64,000 nucleotides of DNA from a virus. Below the pieces are notes generated by a model that worked only from the letters and a program-made list of their open reading frames with translations, was not told the origin of the DNA and ran no database searches. The DNA lies in the IMG/VR virus record IMGVR_UViG_3300032235_000792; one strand, written 5' to 3'. Position 1 is the stretch's first letter. The number at the start of each line of letters is the position of its first letter. Position numbers and translations under genes: made by a program. Shown in pieces: positions 20,110 through 29,502 of the stretch.

Positions 20110-20349
20110 TGTTTGCCCTGTCTATCTCTTATATTTTTATTATCACTATGAATTCTGTCTACCATCTGATTCATATAGCGAGCCTGCTCTCTACTGTTAA
20201 TTTCTTCTAGAGTTCTCTCACTTGTCCTATCTTTTACACGTACAGGTACATGCTGTGAATTATTTTCTGAACTATTTGCAAACGCAATAGTTGCAACGGT
20301 CAAGGCCGCACCGATAAATAACGCGATTAAGATTATTTCCATTTTATGC

Positions 20350-20571
20350 TCACTTGTTAATAAATTGCATTACTAGTTTCTTTTGTTCTTCGGACAGGCT
20401 AGAAAAGTCTACGGAATTTTTTTCTGAACCTTCAACGAACTGTCTAATTTCATCAATTGACGCTAATATTGCTTTTGCCTTATTTATACCAAAACTAATT
20501 ATACGGCGATCGTCGCTCATAATAGAAAGCGTCTTGCTGCCTTTGTATTCACCAACTTCTGTCTTAAACAT
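20350..20571 (-). CDS. small hypothetical protein (EYKG...SFGINKAKAIL)
   Basis: 73 aa, AAGGAG RBS, own TAACAGA promoter motif. Confidence 0.7.
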   Translation of the reverse strand: MFKTEVGEYKGSKTLSIMSDDRRIISFGINKAKAILASIDEIRQFVEGSEKNSVDFSSLSEEQKKLVMQFINK

Positions 20572-20782
20572 TGTGTCTCCTTTATTTGTTGTATAGATAA
20601 ATTAAATCTGTTAAAGAAACCGTTGCTCTGTAAGTCCTAATTCATATAGCATGTAGAACAGACAATCTGTAAGATGAGTGTCTAACATACTCTCTAAGTA
20701 TTTAACATACTGTTCTACTTCTTTTTTAAGAAGTATCATTGTATCATTTTGATATGCAGGCTTCAACAACTGTTGATTGATA

Positions 20783-21271
20783 TTACTCAGGTACGTCTTG
20801 TTCGTCTGTATCAGCCTCATTAACTCTTCGTGCCTTGAATTCACAGGTCTCCTCAAACAAATTAAGTAGCGCCTCAACGTCGTTTGTCTTACTCTGATCT
20901 TGCTTAAAATTTTCTTTGATTGTATCTGCTAATACAAGTAGCTTATCTAATGTTAATCTGGCTTGTGCATCTTCTTGCGTTTTCACAATTGGAAAATAAG
21001 ATACGCCATTACCAAAATTATAAGCAATGACAGGGAGTCCAAACTCATTTCTACCTACCTGTAGGTCTGCTTCTGCAAACAATTTATCAAAATCAATAGG
21101 TTCAACGACTGTCGGCGATTTAATCATGAACTTGTATTCGCCGTATTTAGCTACAATGTTAGACTTAGCATTTTCATCTTGAATCTTCTTCTTGAGAGCA
21201 GAAAGGTCTCTAAATTCTTTATTAAGTTCTTGAAGCCTAGCATTGATTAGTTTTAAGTCATCCATTTTCAC
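20783..21271 (-). CDS. hypothetical protein
   Basis: 162 aa ORF. Confidence 0.65.
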   Translation of the reverse strand: MKMDDLKLINARLQELNKEFRDLSALKKKIQDENAKSNIVAKYGEYKFMIKSPTVVEPIDFDKLFAEADLQVGRNEFGLPVIAYNFGNGVSYFPIVKTQEDAQARLTLDKLLVLADTIKENFKQDQSKTNDVEALLNLFEETCEFKARRVNEADTDEQDVPE

Positions 21272-21466
21272 CTCTATTATTTTTAGAAAGCTCGATCAAA
21301 TAGCTTAAATCGCTAGCCAAGTCTTCAGTGTCCACATGATCCATGTTTGCTAGGAAGTCCTCGGTGAGCTCATGTGTACTGACATAACCATAAATATACT
21401 GTAGTTTATCTGGGTACGAGAGTGTATCCCAAACAGATCTAAGTTCACCTATTACTGCTCTTCTAT

Positions 21467-21628
21467 TCATTTGCTCTCCAAATTTTCAATTACTAACAAT
21501 GCTTCGTCTATGCTATTAACAGGAACTAGCGAGCCTCTTCCGCAAACATAAAGACCATCGCTTCGTCTAATAATTCTAGGTTCACCTGAAGTATCAAATT
21601 CTTCACCATCTGAGAATCTAAGTACCAT
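21467..21628 (-). CDS. small hypothetical protein
   Basis: start re-called to MVLRFSDG after AAGGAG. Confidence 0.6.
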   Translation of the reverse strand: MVLRFSDGEEFDTSGEPRIIRRSDGLYVCGRGSLVPVNSIDEALLVIENLESK

Positions 21629-22217
21629 GAACTCTCCTTTAATAAAGGGACACCTCGGCAACTCTAAGCCTTAATATCGCAAGTCGACAGGTGTCCTATA
21701 GACCGCGGAGGGTTAAGCCTTTATCTACCCACAATTTCACGACGAGTGCGACCGGCTAACTAAGTATCCTAATAAAAGTTAATACTATTAATCCATTCAA
21801 CAGCATCCAAATAAATAAACCTGTATGACGGCTATCCATATTTACCTCAATAAAGTTAATAGTCGTTGTTTCTTAAATCTTATTTCTTCTAGCATAGAGG
21901 ATAGGCTATTAAAATCTTCTTCTATACTTTTAAATTCTTCTGTTGAAACAAAGTCTTTTGACTCTAACCAAAATCTATGTCTTTCTACTTCATCTTCTAA
22001 TAAGTTTAGAAAAACATTAAACTGATCAACATTTAACTTAATCATATAACCTCTTATGTAGATATATTAAATCTGTTATAGAAATCTAGATATTACAAAG
22101 CCTACCGCAACCACAATAGCAATTACTAAGTAAACAGGCATAGACGTTAGGAGCAGATATGGCAAGAAGACAACTCCTGCCAACATAACTCCAACTAATG
22201 AAAAGCTAATAAACAAA

Positions 22218-22850
22218 TCAACTATTCTTACCAATAGACTTATCACTGAAGTACCTCGCTATAAATGATTCTATCTCAGAGATAGACACTGGCCTATAAT
22301 TATTTGCTGGAACTCCGACATCATATTGCTTATCTAGTGTCTTAACACTTTTACCGCTATTAGGAGAGTGTATGTGTCCATGTAAATGAAATTGTCCTTC
22401 ATTAGCCACTGAGTAAGCTTGATTCTTGTGATCTCCATGCCATAGGCTATCTGCTGTTGCGCCTTTCATATCAGAAGTATCTTCTCGACGCACGCCAAGC
22501 AATGGGCAATGAGATAGTGTGACTCTATGCTTGCCTATATAAATAGTCGCTTGGTGCATCACCACGTCAAACCCCATATCGTACATTGCGTTGTAACCAG
22601 GATCGTGGTTGCCAACTACGAATACCTTAGTACCATTTAACTTAGACACTACTTCTTTGACCATAGACTTATTCATACCCATATCGCCAAGGAAATAGCA
22701 TATGTCTCCGTCTTTAACAGCAGAGTTGTAGTTATTGATTAGCACTCTATGCATGTGATCTAGGTCTTTAAACGGTCTACTGTCAAATACAATAGCATTT
22801 GCATGACCAACGTGCCAATCTGATGTAAAGAACGTGTTAATCCTCTTCAT
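22218..22850 (-). CDS. calcineurin-like metallophosphoesterase
   Basis: SDWHVGH, LGD, GNHD, SHCP, HGHIH motifs; start re-called to MKRIN. Confidence 0.9.
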   Translation of the reverse strand: MKRINTFFTSDWHVGHANAIVFDSRPFKDLDHMHRVLINNYNSAVKDGDICYFLGDMGMNKSMVKEVVSKLNGTKVFVVGNHDPGYNAMYDMGFDVVMHQATIYIGKHRVTLSHCPLLGVRREDTSDMKGATADSLWHGDHKNQAYSVANEGQFHLHGHIHSPNSGKSVKTLDKQYDVGVPANNYRPVSISEIESFIARYFSDKSIGKNS

Positions 22851-23014
22851 TCCTGTCCCTATTATCTGCAATAGATAAGCTTGCTGCAGAAAATAAAGCG
22901 CCAATAAGACTGACGAACGGAGTCCTTCCTTCGATAAGGAAGACCGCTACAGCAATGGCTAAGTTTAAAATAAGTAAAAATGCAGAAATGTGTTTGATAG
23001 TAAATAGTGTGCTT

Positions 23015-23332
23015 TTACGCATAAGTCCCCAATATTATTTTACTAACCAGATGGTCCTCAATTGCAGAGCGTATCTCATCGTTGCTCCAAGCATGCGACC
23101 TATAATAGTTCTTTACCGTATCTTTACTTATTATGGGCTCATCTCTATTAAAATAGACAGTATTATTTTTTAGAATATAAAAAGCATTTTCTGTACAGTC
23201 ATTCCAATCGCTAAATCTATAACTAAATATAATATCTTCGTCATCGACCTTAAATTCATAGATATATAGAGATCTAGTGCCGCCATATCGGCTTTCTCGG
23301 CCTGATAAAATAATATCTGGCTTGTCACTCAT
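23015..23332 (-). CDS. hypothetical protein (N-terminal KPD, C-terminal VSKIILG)
   Basis: 105 aa; may be a distant member of the KPERxPD family. Confidence 0.6.
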   Translation of the reverse strand: MSDKPDIILSGRESRYGGTRSLYIYEFKVDDEDIIFSYRFSDWNDCTENAFYILKNNTVYFNRDEPIISKDTVKNYYRSHAWSNDEIRSAIEDHLVSKIILGTYA

Positions 23333-23567
23333 GGTGTTTCCCCTCTTTTCCTGAATAGCCTAATATCCAAGGTTAACCAAAATATGTCACCAACATCTAT
23401 CACCTCTAGGAAGGCGTACGTATACAGCAGCTCGTCTATTGTAGATAGTTCATCTTCATTAAATGAGTAAAAATCTCTAGAACGGATTTCCGTGCTCCCA
23501 GTAAAACTCATGAGTTACTACCTCTAATCTCCAAAGTACTAACATAAAGTCGCTAATATAATCAAAG

Positions 23568-23903
23568 CTATTCAATTGATAGCCTTTTAAGCATTCTCCA
23601 AACCGCACCATTTACTTGCATGCCATTGTAGAAATTAGTAGTAATGCCTTCGTAGGTTAATTTCCATACATACTTAGTTTGCCATATTCGACCTTGTATA
23701 TCAAATAAGTCAAATGCTCTGTTTATGGCAGTTTTAGTAGTCGTAGTTTCCCAACCGCCAGATCGTAGCTCAATAGTTCCGTCTGTATATCTAGTAAACA
23801 CAGGTGTGCTGTGTAGCACAATCTGATAGAATCCTAGTCCATCGTGATATACCGTAATATTACCTTGCCGCTTCTTATTTAGGACAAAAGATCTAGCCGA
23901 CAT
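23568..23903 (-). CDS. hypothetical phage protein
   Basis: 111 aa; LHSTPV...GGWETTTTKTAIN; GGAG RBS. Confidence 0.65.
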   Translation of the reverse strand: MSARSFVLNKKRQGNITVYHDGLGFYQIVLHSTPVFTRYTDGTIELRSGGWETTTTKTAINRAFDLFDIQGRIWQTKYVWKLTYEGITTNFYNGMQVNGAVWRMLKRLSIE

Positions 23904-24133
23904 ATACTATCTCCAATTTATCTAATACAACACACAATGCAATGTAGTGATACCAACTCTGAGGGTCCGCAAAAGCTATCATAGCTTATCTATTACCCTG
24001 AATTCATTGTTTGGCTTCATAACATCTTCATATTGAATAGTTATTTGCCTTACCGCCATGCTACACATGACCACTAAACTAAACATAAATGTTAAAGCTA
24101 ATACAAAAGTTAATAGACCGTCTAAAAACTTAA

Positions 24134-24379
24134 TCATGATAATAGCTCCTTTTCTGCTAACCAATTAAGGTATCCGTTAGTCACCACTTCTTCCTCGTTT
24201 CCGCCTAGATAGTACTCGTTCCACGTTCTATCTCTTGGATCGTAGAACATAACATCAAGATTTTCAGTTACTTTTATATCATAAAGAAAATCTTCTTTAG
24301 AGTTCCATTGAACACCTTCTTCAAAGAAGAATTCCCAATCTTCATGAACAAAGTCCGGATCTCTTTCTGGTTTTTCCAT
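24134..24379 (-). CDS. KPERxPD family protein 3
   Basis: tandem paralogue of the two upstream ORFs. Confidence 0.8.
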   Translation of the reverse strand: MEKPERDPDFVHEDWEFFFEEGVQWNSKEDFLYDIKVTENLDVMFYDPRDRTWNEYYLGGNEEEVVTNGYLNWLAEKELLS

Positions 24380-24381
24380 AG

Positions 24382-24636
24382 TTAATCCAACAGTATATTT
24401 TCAAGTTGCCAATCTATGTAAGCTTTGAATATATTAGCAGAATCATTCTCACTACCAAGATCATGGTTATCGTAGCGCTTCCATCTGTCCCACTTTTCAT
24501 CGTAGAAAACTATATGATTTTCTCTAGCCTCTAGATAATAGAGCTTGTTTTCTCTTTCATTCAACTGAATCATTTCAGTAAAATAAAAATGCCAAAAGCC
24601 TAAAGTGAAATCAGGTTGTCTTTCTGGCTTAGTCAT
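24382..24636 (-). CDS. KPERxPD family protein 2
   Basis: MTKPERQPDF...FYFTEMIQ...AYIDWQLENILLD. Confidence 0.8.
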   Translation of the reverse strand: MTKPERQPDFTLGFWHFYFTEMIQLNERENKLYYLEARENHIVFYDEKWDRWKRYDNHDLGSENDSANIFKAYIDWQLENILLD

Positions 24637-24637
24637 A

Positions 24638-24877
24638 CTACCCCAATATTATGTTTTCAACTTGCCAATTTAGATAAGCTTCACTAACTAGGTCTCGATC
24701 ACGTAAGCCATATTCGACCCATTTATTAGCTCTTGCACTAAAAAATTCAAAAACTAAATCTTCAGATACACGAATATCATAAATAATATTGACGTCAGAG
24801 TTCCACTGAATCATCTCTTTAAAATAAAAAGAGTAGTAACCTATTATTAAATCTGGCTCTCGTTCTGGTTTTCTCAT
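24638..24877 (-). CDS. KPERxPD family protein 1
   Basis: MRKPEREPDL...FYFKEMIQW...AYLNWQVENIILG. Confidence 0.8.
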   Translation of the reverse strand: MRKPEREPDLIIGYYSFYFKEMIQWNSDVNIIYDIRVSEDLVFEFFSARANKWVEYGLRDRDLVSEAYLNWQVENIILG

Positions 24878-25185
24878 AAAGCATTATTTAAAAGTTCACT
24901 ATATTTAGACTTAGGATGAACTCCAACTAGGCGATCAATAACCTGCCCATCTTTAAATACAAGTACAGTCGGAATACCTCTAATATCAAAAAGTGATGCA
25001 GCTTCAGCATTAGTATCTACATCTATCTTTCCAATAATAGCCTTACCTTCAAAATCATTAGACAATTCATCTATAGTTGCAGCTAAAGACTTGCAAGGTC
25101 CACACCATGTTGCATAAAAATCTACAAGTGAAACACCTGTAGAGACTGTTTCTTGAAAGTTGTCCTCATTTATTACTTTAGTCAT
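24874..25185 (-). CDS. trxA: thioredoxin
   Basis: VDFYATWCGPCK, IRGIPT. Confidence 0.93.
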   Translation of the reverse strand: MTKVINEDNFQETVSTGVSLVDFYATWCGPCKSLAATIDELSNDFEGKAIIGKIDVDTNAEAASLFDIRGIPTVLVFKDGQVIDRLVGVHPKSKYSELLNNAL

Positions 25186-25202
25186 TTAGCACCTTTTAAA
25201 AA

Positions 25203-25279
25203 TGGTGGGACCAGTAGGACTTGAACCTACAACCACCCGGTTATGAGCCGGGAGCTCTAACCAATTGAGCTATAATCCC
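25203..25279 (-). tRNA. tRNA with CAU anticodon, most likely tRNA-Ile2
   Basis: GGGATTA-TAGCTCAATTGGTTAGAGCT-CCCGG CTCATAA CCGGG-TGGTT-GTAGG TTCAAGT CCTAC-TGGTCCC-ACCA cloverleaf with encoded CCA; body resembles bacterial Ile2 tRNAs. Confidence 0.9.
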
Positions 25280-25510
25280 ACTTAAATTAACCTAAATCAG
25301 AATACTTTAACAAATAATGATACTCAGTATCAGATAAGTTCCAAAAGTCTGCACCTTCGCATTCGTGGAAGGTGTATCCTCTAAACATGAAGAAAGGCTC
25401 ATCAGTTGGTACGCGCTTTTCTTCACTTCCATCTTTTAGAGTCATCAAGAATGCACTTTCACCAAAACTAACTAGATCTTTAGCAAAATTGTTCATGATG
25501 TATCCTTCTG

Positions 25511-25714
25511 TTACATTAATTTAGCTAAGTAGCGTAGATTTTCTGGTAGACTTTGTTCTAGGTCATCTTTCTTTTTTCTTCTAAAGAATTTCTTTTTCTT
25601 ATTAAAGTCTTCGCCCATTATCTCTTTTACTTTTGCTACTTGTTCAGAGATAGAGAGATTAGTTTTAGTAGTAGTAGTAGTAGTAGTGATAACAATTGAT
25701 TTTTTTACAGTCAT
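25511..25714 (-). CDS. small basic protein ending in LPENLRYL
   Basis: 67 aa; poly-Thr tract; C-terminus resembles family A tail. Confidence 0.6.
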   Translation of the reverse strand: MTVKKSIVITTTTTTTKTNLSISEQVAKVKEIMGEDFNKKKKFFRRKKKDDLEQSLPENLRYLAKLM

Positions 25715-25936
25715 AGTTTACCCCTTTCTAATTCTTAAAAATAAGAGGAACGCTAGTACAGCCCATAAATAAACTATCACTTTAGTCTCCCAGACGACTC
25801 GTAGAAAAGAGTGTGCTGTTCATTTTCTGCATTTGTTAATTCTCTATGAGATGAGCAAGATTGAAGCAACATTGAGATAAAGATTAAAGTTAAAATTTTC
25901 ATCAACACCTCCATTTTTTAGAAAATATAAAATCCG

Positions 25937-26494
25937 TTAAAGATATGGGTCGTCATCGAGCATTGCAGAGTATTCTGCAGAATCTGCCCTGTCCTGCATT
26001 ATGTGCTTGAAAACATTGTCTGGTATTATCTTATTCTCGCAGTATTTTAAGAACTCTAATGTTAGAGCTCTTTGTTTTGAAAAAGCCTCTATCTCAGCTG
26101 GATTAGAGTAGTAGTCTAAGCCGGACAACGACACACCCTTCCAAAACCTAGTTCTCCTAGAAACAGGAAACAATCCAAGTATGTACGTTGTTTCTTTACC
26201 AAAATGAAGTTTGCCTTTTATAAATTGTTGTGCGTGCACCATTTCATGAGCTAAAGCCTCCACCATGCCAAATATCGTTATTCCTATTTTTATCTCTATA
26301 TCGATTCGGTAAACAAGATTATTTTCATCTATTAATGCAGTACAGCAACCTGCTACATTACCTCTTCCAATATTATCTACAGTTTTAACTTGAAGAGGTA
26401 TAGGTGTCTCGCCTATATCTAGTGATACACTAAAAAATTTTACAGCATCTGCAAATAGTTCAGCATCTAATGACTCTAATCTTTTAGAGATCAT
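25937..26494 (-). CDS. putative zincin metallopeptidase
   Basis: ALAHEMVHAQQ plus downstream PAEIEA. Confidence 0.7.
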   Translation of the reverse strand: MISKRLESLDAELFADAVKFFSVSLDIGETPIPLQVKTVDNIGRGNVAGCCTALIDENNLVYRIDIEIKIGITIFGMVEALAHEMVHAQQFIKGKLHFGKETTYILGLFPVSRRTRFWKGVSLSGLDYYSNPAEIEAFSKQRALTLEFLKYCENKIIPDNVFKHIMQDRADSAEYSAMLDDDPYL

Positions 26495-26866
26495 GTTTAT
26501 AGTCTTCTATAATTTAGTGTTATAAAAAACAACATAATCATTGCCGTAATTAAAGAGCCTAAATCTAATACTCCGACGGACAGTGCTTCTACAAAACTAA
26601 ACGCGCAACGTATTACAGATGCAAAAAAAAGTCCAATCATAATTAGTGTATTGTCTCTCTGAGAGAGGCCAAATCTTTCTAGAACTTTATCGTGAGTACC
26701 AGAAAAGAAATATAAAACTAGTAAAGCTAATAATACTAAGCTGACCATAAGTTCCTAATTTCGCCTCAATAAGCGAAGTTGAAGTTTATCTATATTTTCA
26801 TCTAAAGTCTTAAAGTTAATTAAATTTAATCTAAATGCTGATCTTAATAAATTTGCCATGATCATT

Positions 26867-27169
26867 TCATCCATCTCGTTTCCTATATAAAGAGGTAATT
26901 AATAGTGTAATTCTTGATCTGCCTACAGGGTTTGCACTTACACATTCTATTTTTTTAGGCAGGAACTGTAGGTTTTCTTCAAGCCAACACATTATATCGT
27001 AACCCGTCTTCTCTTTACCATCATTATCAAATGAAGCTAAGTCGTGATCTAGCAGCAGTAGATCCCAAGGACCATTTAGTTCTAATTGTCTTATACCTTC
27101 ATTAAAATTACGAGCTAGAACACTAGCCTCTGGTAATTCTCTTGAGTCATCTATTGCAAGTGTTCTCAT
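26867..27169 (-). CDS. stand-alone receiver-like domain (cyclic-phosphate-processing type)
   Basis: LAIDDSR, LLLDHDL, TGYDIMCWL, SANPVG. Confidence 0.7.
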   Translation of the reverse strand: MRTLAIDDSRELPEASVLARNFNEGIRQLELNGPWDLLLLDHDLASFDNDGKEKTGYDIMCWLEENLQFLPKKIECVSANPVGRSRITLLITSLYRKRDG

Positions 27170-27618
27170 ATTTGAGGTAGCCCTAGTAAGATATCGTTAA
27201 TCTCAGTCTCTAAGACGATCCTATCCATTTCAGATACACCAAATCTAAACCTTTGCCCTAGAAATTCTATTGTGACTGCCTCTACGGTATTGCAAGCAGT
27301 TTTGCGTTGTTTAGTTTTAAATTTTCTTTGTAGCTCTAATCTGAGAGGTCTATTTTCTTTAGTAAATTTAGCTAGCTCTTTACGAGCAAGAATATATTCA
27401 GCATTTGCTGTGCTAATATTTTTACGCAACTTGTATAGTGGAGTTTTTAGATGTTTACCTGATATTGTGTTATTTAGTTTTTTATCGATAATTTTAGTTA
27501 AATAGCAAACTTTTTGCCTTTTATTAAAGCGATCTCTAGCTAAAACATTCCTTTCTTTTATTAGCCTAAATAAGTCCAAGATGTCGTCATTTATATATAA
27601 GTCCATGTCGCCCTCCAT
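27166..27618 (-). CDS. basic hypothetical protein (C-terminal INDILLG)
   Basis: about 150 aa, own promoter motif and GGAGG RBS. Confidence 0.6.
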   Translation of the reverse strand: MEGDMDLYINDDILDLFRLIKERNVLARDRFNKRQKVCYLTKIIDKKLNNTISGKHLKTPLYKLRKNISTANAEYILARKELAKFTKENRPLRLELQRKFKTKQRKTACNTVEAVTIEFLGQRFRFGVSEMDRIVLETEINDILLGLPQI

Positions 27619-27840
27619 TAGTTAATAAAAATATATTATATTTGTTATTGTACGAGGTGACCTTAGTCGTCTGAGCCTCCTGATTCTTCAATTAAGTTAT
27701 TTTCAACCTGAAGTTGTAAACTATGTAGAGAGTTTACTGCGGCTTCTGCAGTCAGAACTACTTCAATATTAGGATTACTATCCACTAAGAATCTAAAGTA
27801 GTTCTTCCCCTCTTCAAGCATTCTCCAAGTAGGGTGTTCG

Positions 27841-28146
27841 TCAAAGCGCATCCGTCATCTCCTCTACTAACATTTTATCTATCTGATTATTTAACCAGTT
27901 GTTATAATACTTTTGATGATCTGAATGATGATGTCCGCCCATCTGCTCTCTTGAAGGCATACCCATATCAACCCACCTACAGAATATTTCGTATGTTGCA
28001 TGGCTATACGGCGATAATGGAAACGAGTCCAGTCTTATCGAATCTGACTTAATAAAGTGAAAGATCTTTACATTATCTTCTTCGTAATCTTTCTCATAAA
28101 AGTAGTTAACCCCATTATACGAGTAAACAAACTCATCGCTTTGCAT
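27841..28146 (-). CDS. hypothetical protein (C-terminal IDKMLVEE)
   Basis: 101 aa, GGAGG RBS. Confidence 0.6.
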   Translation of the reverse strand: MQSDEFVYSYNGVNYFYEKDYEEDNVKIFHFIKSDSIRLDSFPLSPYSHATYEIFCRWVDMGMPSREQMGGHHHSDHQKYYNNWLNNQIDKMLVEEMTDAL

Positions 28147-28636
28147 CTAAGTCCTCCATATAGTGAGAATTTTCTGGTACATAGCAGTTGTCTATCTCAT
28201 ATTGATTAAACATAAAAGATCTCATAATACTATTAGGGCAGTCGCGTCTATATTCAAGCATAGAATCATCATGACCTAAGTTAAATACACAATGCCCCAA
28301 CTCATGAAATATAAGCTGCTCTTTTTGCTCTTCAGAGAAGTTCGACCAGTGCATTGAGTTTATCTGAATCTCCCTGTATCCGTCTGACCAAACATAACAT
28401 ACGCCTGCCGTACTTAAATCTAGCTTCCTAGAAATTACTGGCACTCTAACCTTTACAGCAAACTCTTCTTCAAAACTGTTAACATAAGGTAAAAACTCTG
28501 GGCTTGTTTTATGTTTAGTGTGTGGCCGCTTGCCCATGTTTAGCATATCAGATAAAGTATTGCCACACGCAATATTTAACATTAAACAAACTAGAGGTAC
28601 GTAAGATGATTTCATAAGTAAATCACATACACTCAA
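28133..28636 (-). CDS. putative metzincin-like metallopeptidase, probably exported
   Basis: HELGHCVFNLGH zinc motif, SIM Met-turn, hydrophobic N-terminus ending in IAC. Confidence 0.75.
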   Translation of the reverse strand: MSVCDLLMKSSYVPLVCLMLNIACGNTLSDMLNMGKRPHTKHKTSPEFLPYVNSFEEEFAVKVRVPVISRKLDLSTAGVCYVWSDGYREIQINSMHWSNFSEEQKEQLIFHELGHCVFNLGHDDSMLEYRRDCPNSIMRSFMFNQYEIDNCYVPENSHYMEDLDAKR

Positions 28637-28846
28637 TAAACAGAAGAATTATATTCTGGTTTATCTTCAAGCTTTATTATCTCTTGAATAACATTATCAA
28701 GTTTAGAATAAAGTTCAGCTGTTCCGTCATCATCTGCCATATCAAGATAACTCATTGCACCAATCACTGCGCTCTTGATAAAAGAGATTTCAGTTTTAAG
28801 TTGTCTTTGCTGTTTCTCTTTAATTAGTTGTTTTGCTGTACTCATA

Positions 28847-29092
28847 TTATAAACCCTCCACTTGTATGCCTTGAGATCTTAAAAACTTAATAACTTCAGC
28901 TTCGCTCGGAGTTCCAACTGCAGCATCTAATAGCTTTTGAGCATCAATAGCTTTTTTCTTTGAGCCGAAAGAATTGCGCTCTCCAACTTTTTGAGCTTTA
29001 CCACCACGAGCTAAGAATTCTTCAGCTGTTTCTAGTTTAATGTTGTTGAATTTTTTTCTAGTATTTTCTTCAGCATACCACTTCATTGTCAT
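28847..29092 (-). CDS. small protein with SutA-like (RNAP-binding) motif
   Basis: AEEFLARGGKAQKV resembles the SutA-type FLxxGGxI motif. Confidence 0.45.
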   Translation of the reverse strand: MTMKWYAEENTRKKFNNIKLETAEEFLARGGKAQKVGERNSFGSKKKAIDAQKLLDAAVGTPSEAEVIKFLRSQGIQVEGL

Positions 29093-29502
29093 TTGAACCT
29101 CCCATTTATATCATAAAAATATATTATATTTGTTAGAGTCAAATGTCTTAAGTTTTTAAACTTAAATAAGGTTTAATCTTGTAAGCATGTGCTTTAGATG
29201 AACTCGATAATGATGACCTATACCTATTAAAGGTTTCATTAGCTTAACCTCCGAATAAGTGAATTATGTTTTGCTTTATCGCCTGAGTTTTAGTCATGTT
29301 TCTAGTGTACAATGAGGTAAAGCCATGATTAGCGTGCCAAATACCTCTATGAAGTTGAATACCAAAATCAGCATTTTCATCTCCACTTATTATGCGGAGA
29401 ACAATGCTAGCGAAAATTGCTTCACCGAAATGTTCATCTTCTTCTTTTTGCGCTAGATATATTCTCCTACCAAACATAGAGGATAGCCTGTATACGAAGG
29501 CT

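Noticed and set aside
25203-25279. Initiator tRNA-fMet
   Set aside because: Positions 1 and 72 pair and the anticodon stem lacks three consecutive G-C pairs.
25666-25687. (TAG)n microsatellite as a phase-variation switch
   Set aside because: Triplet repeat in frame encoding poly-Thr; length change would not shift the frame.
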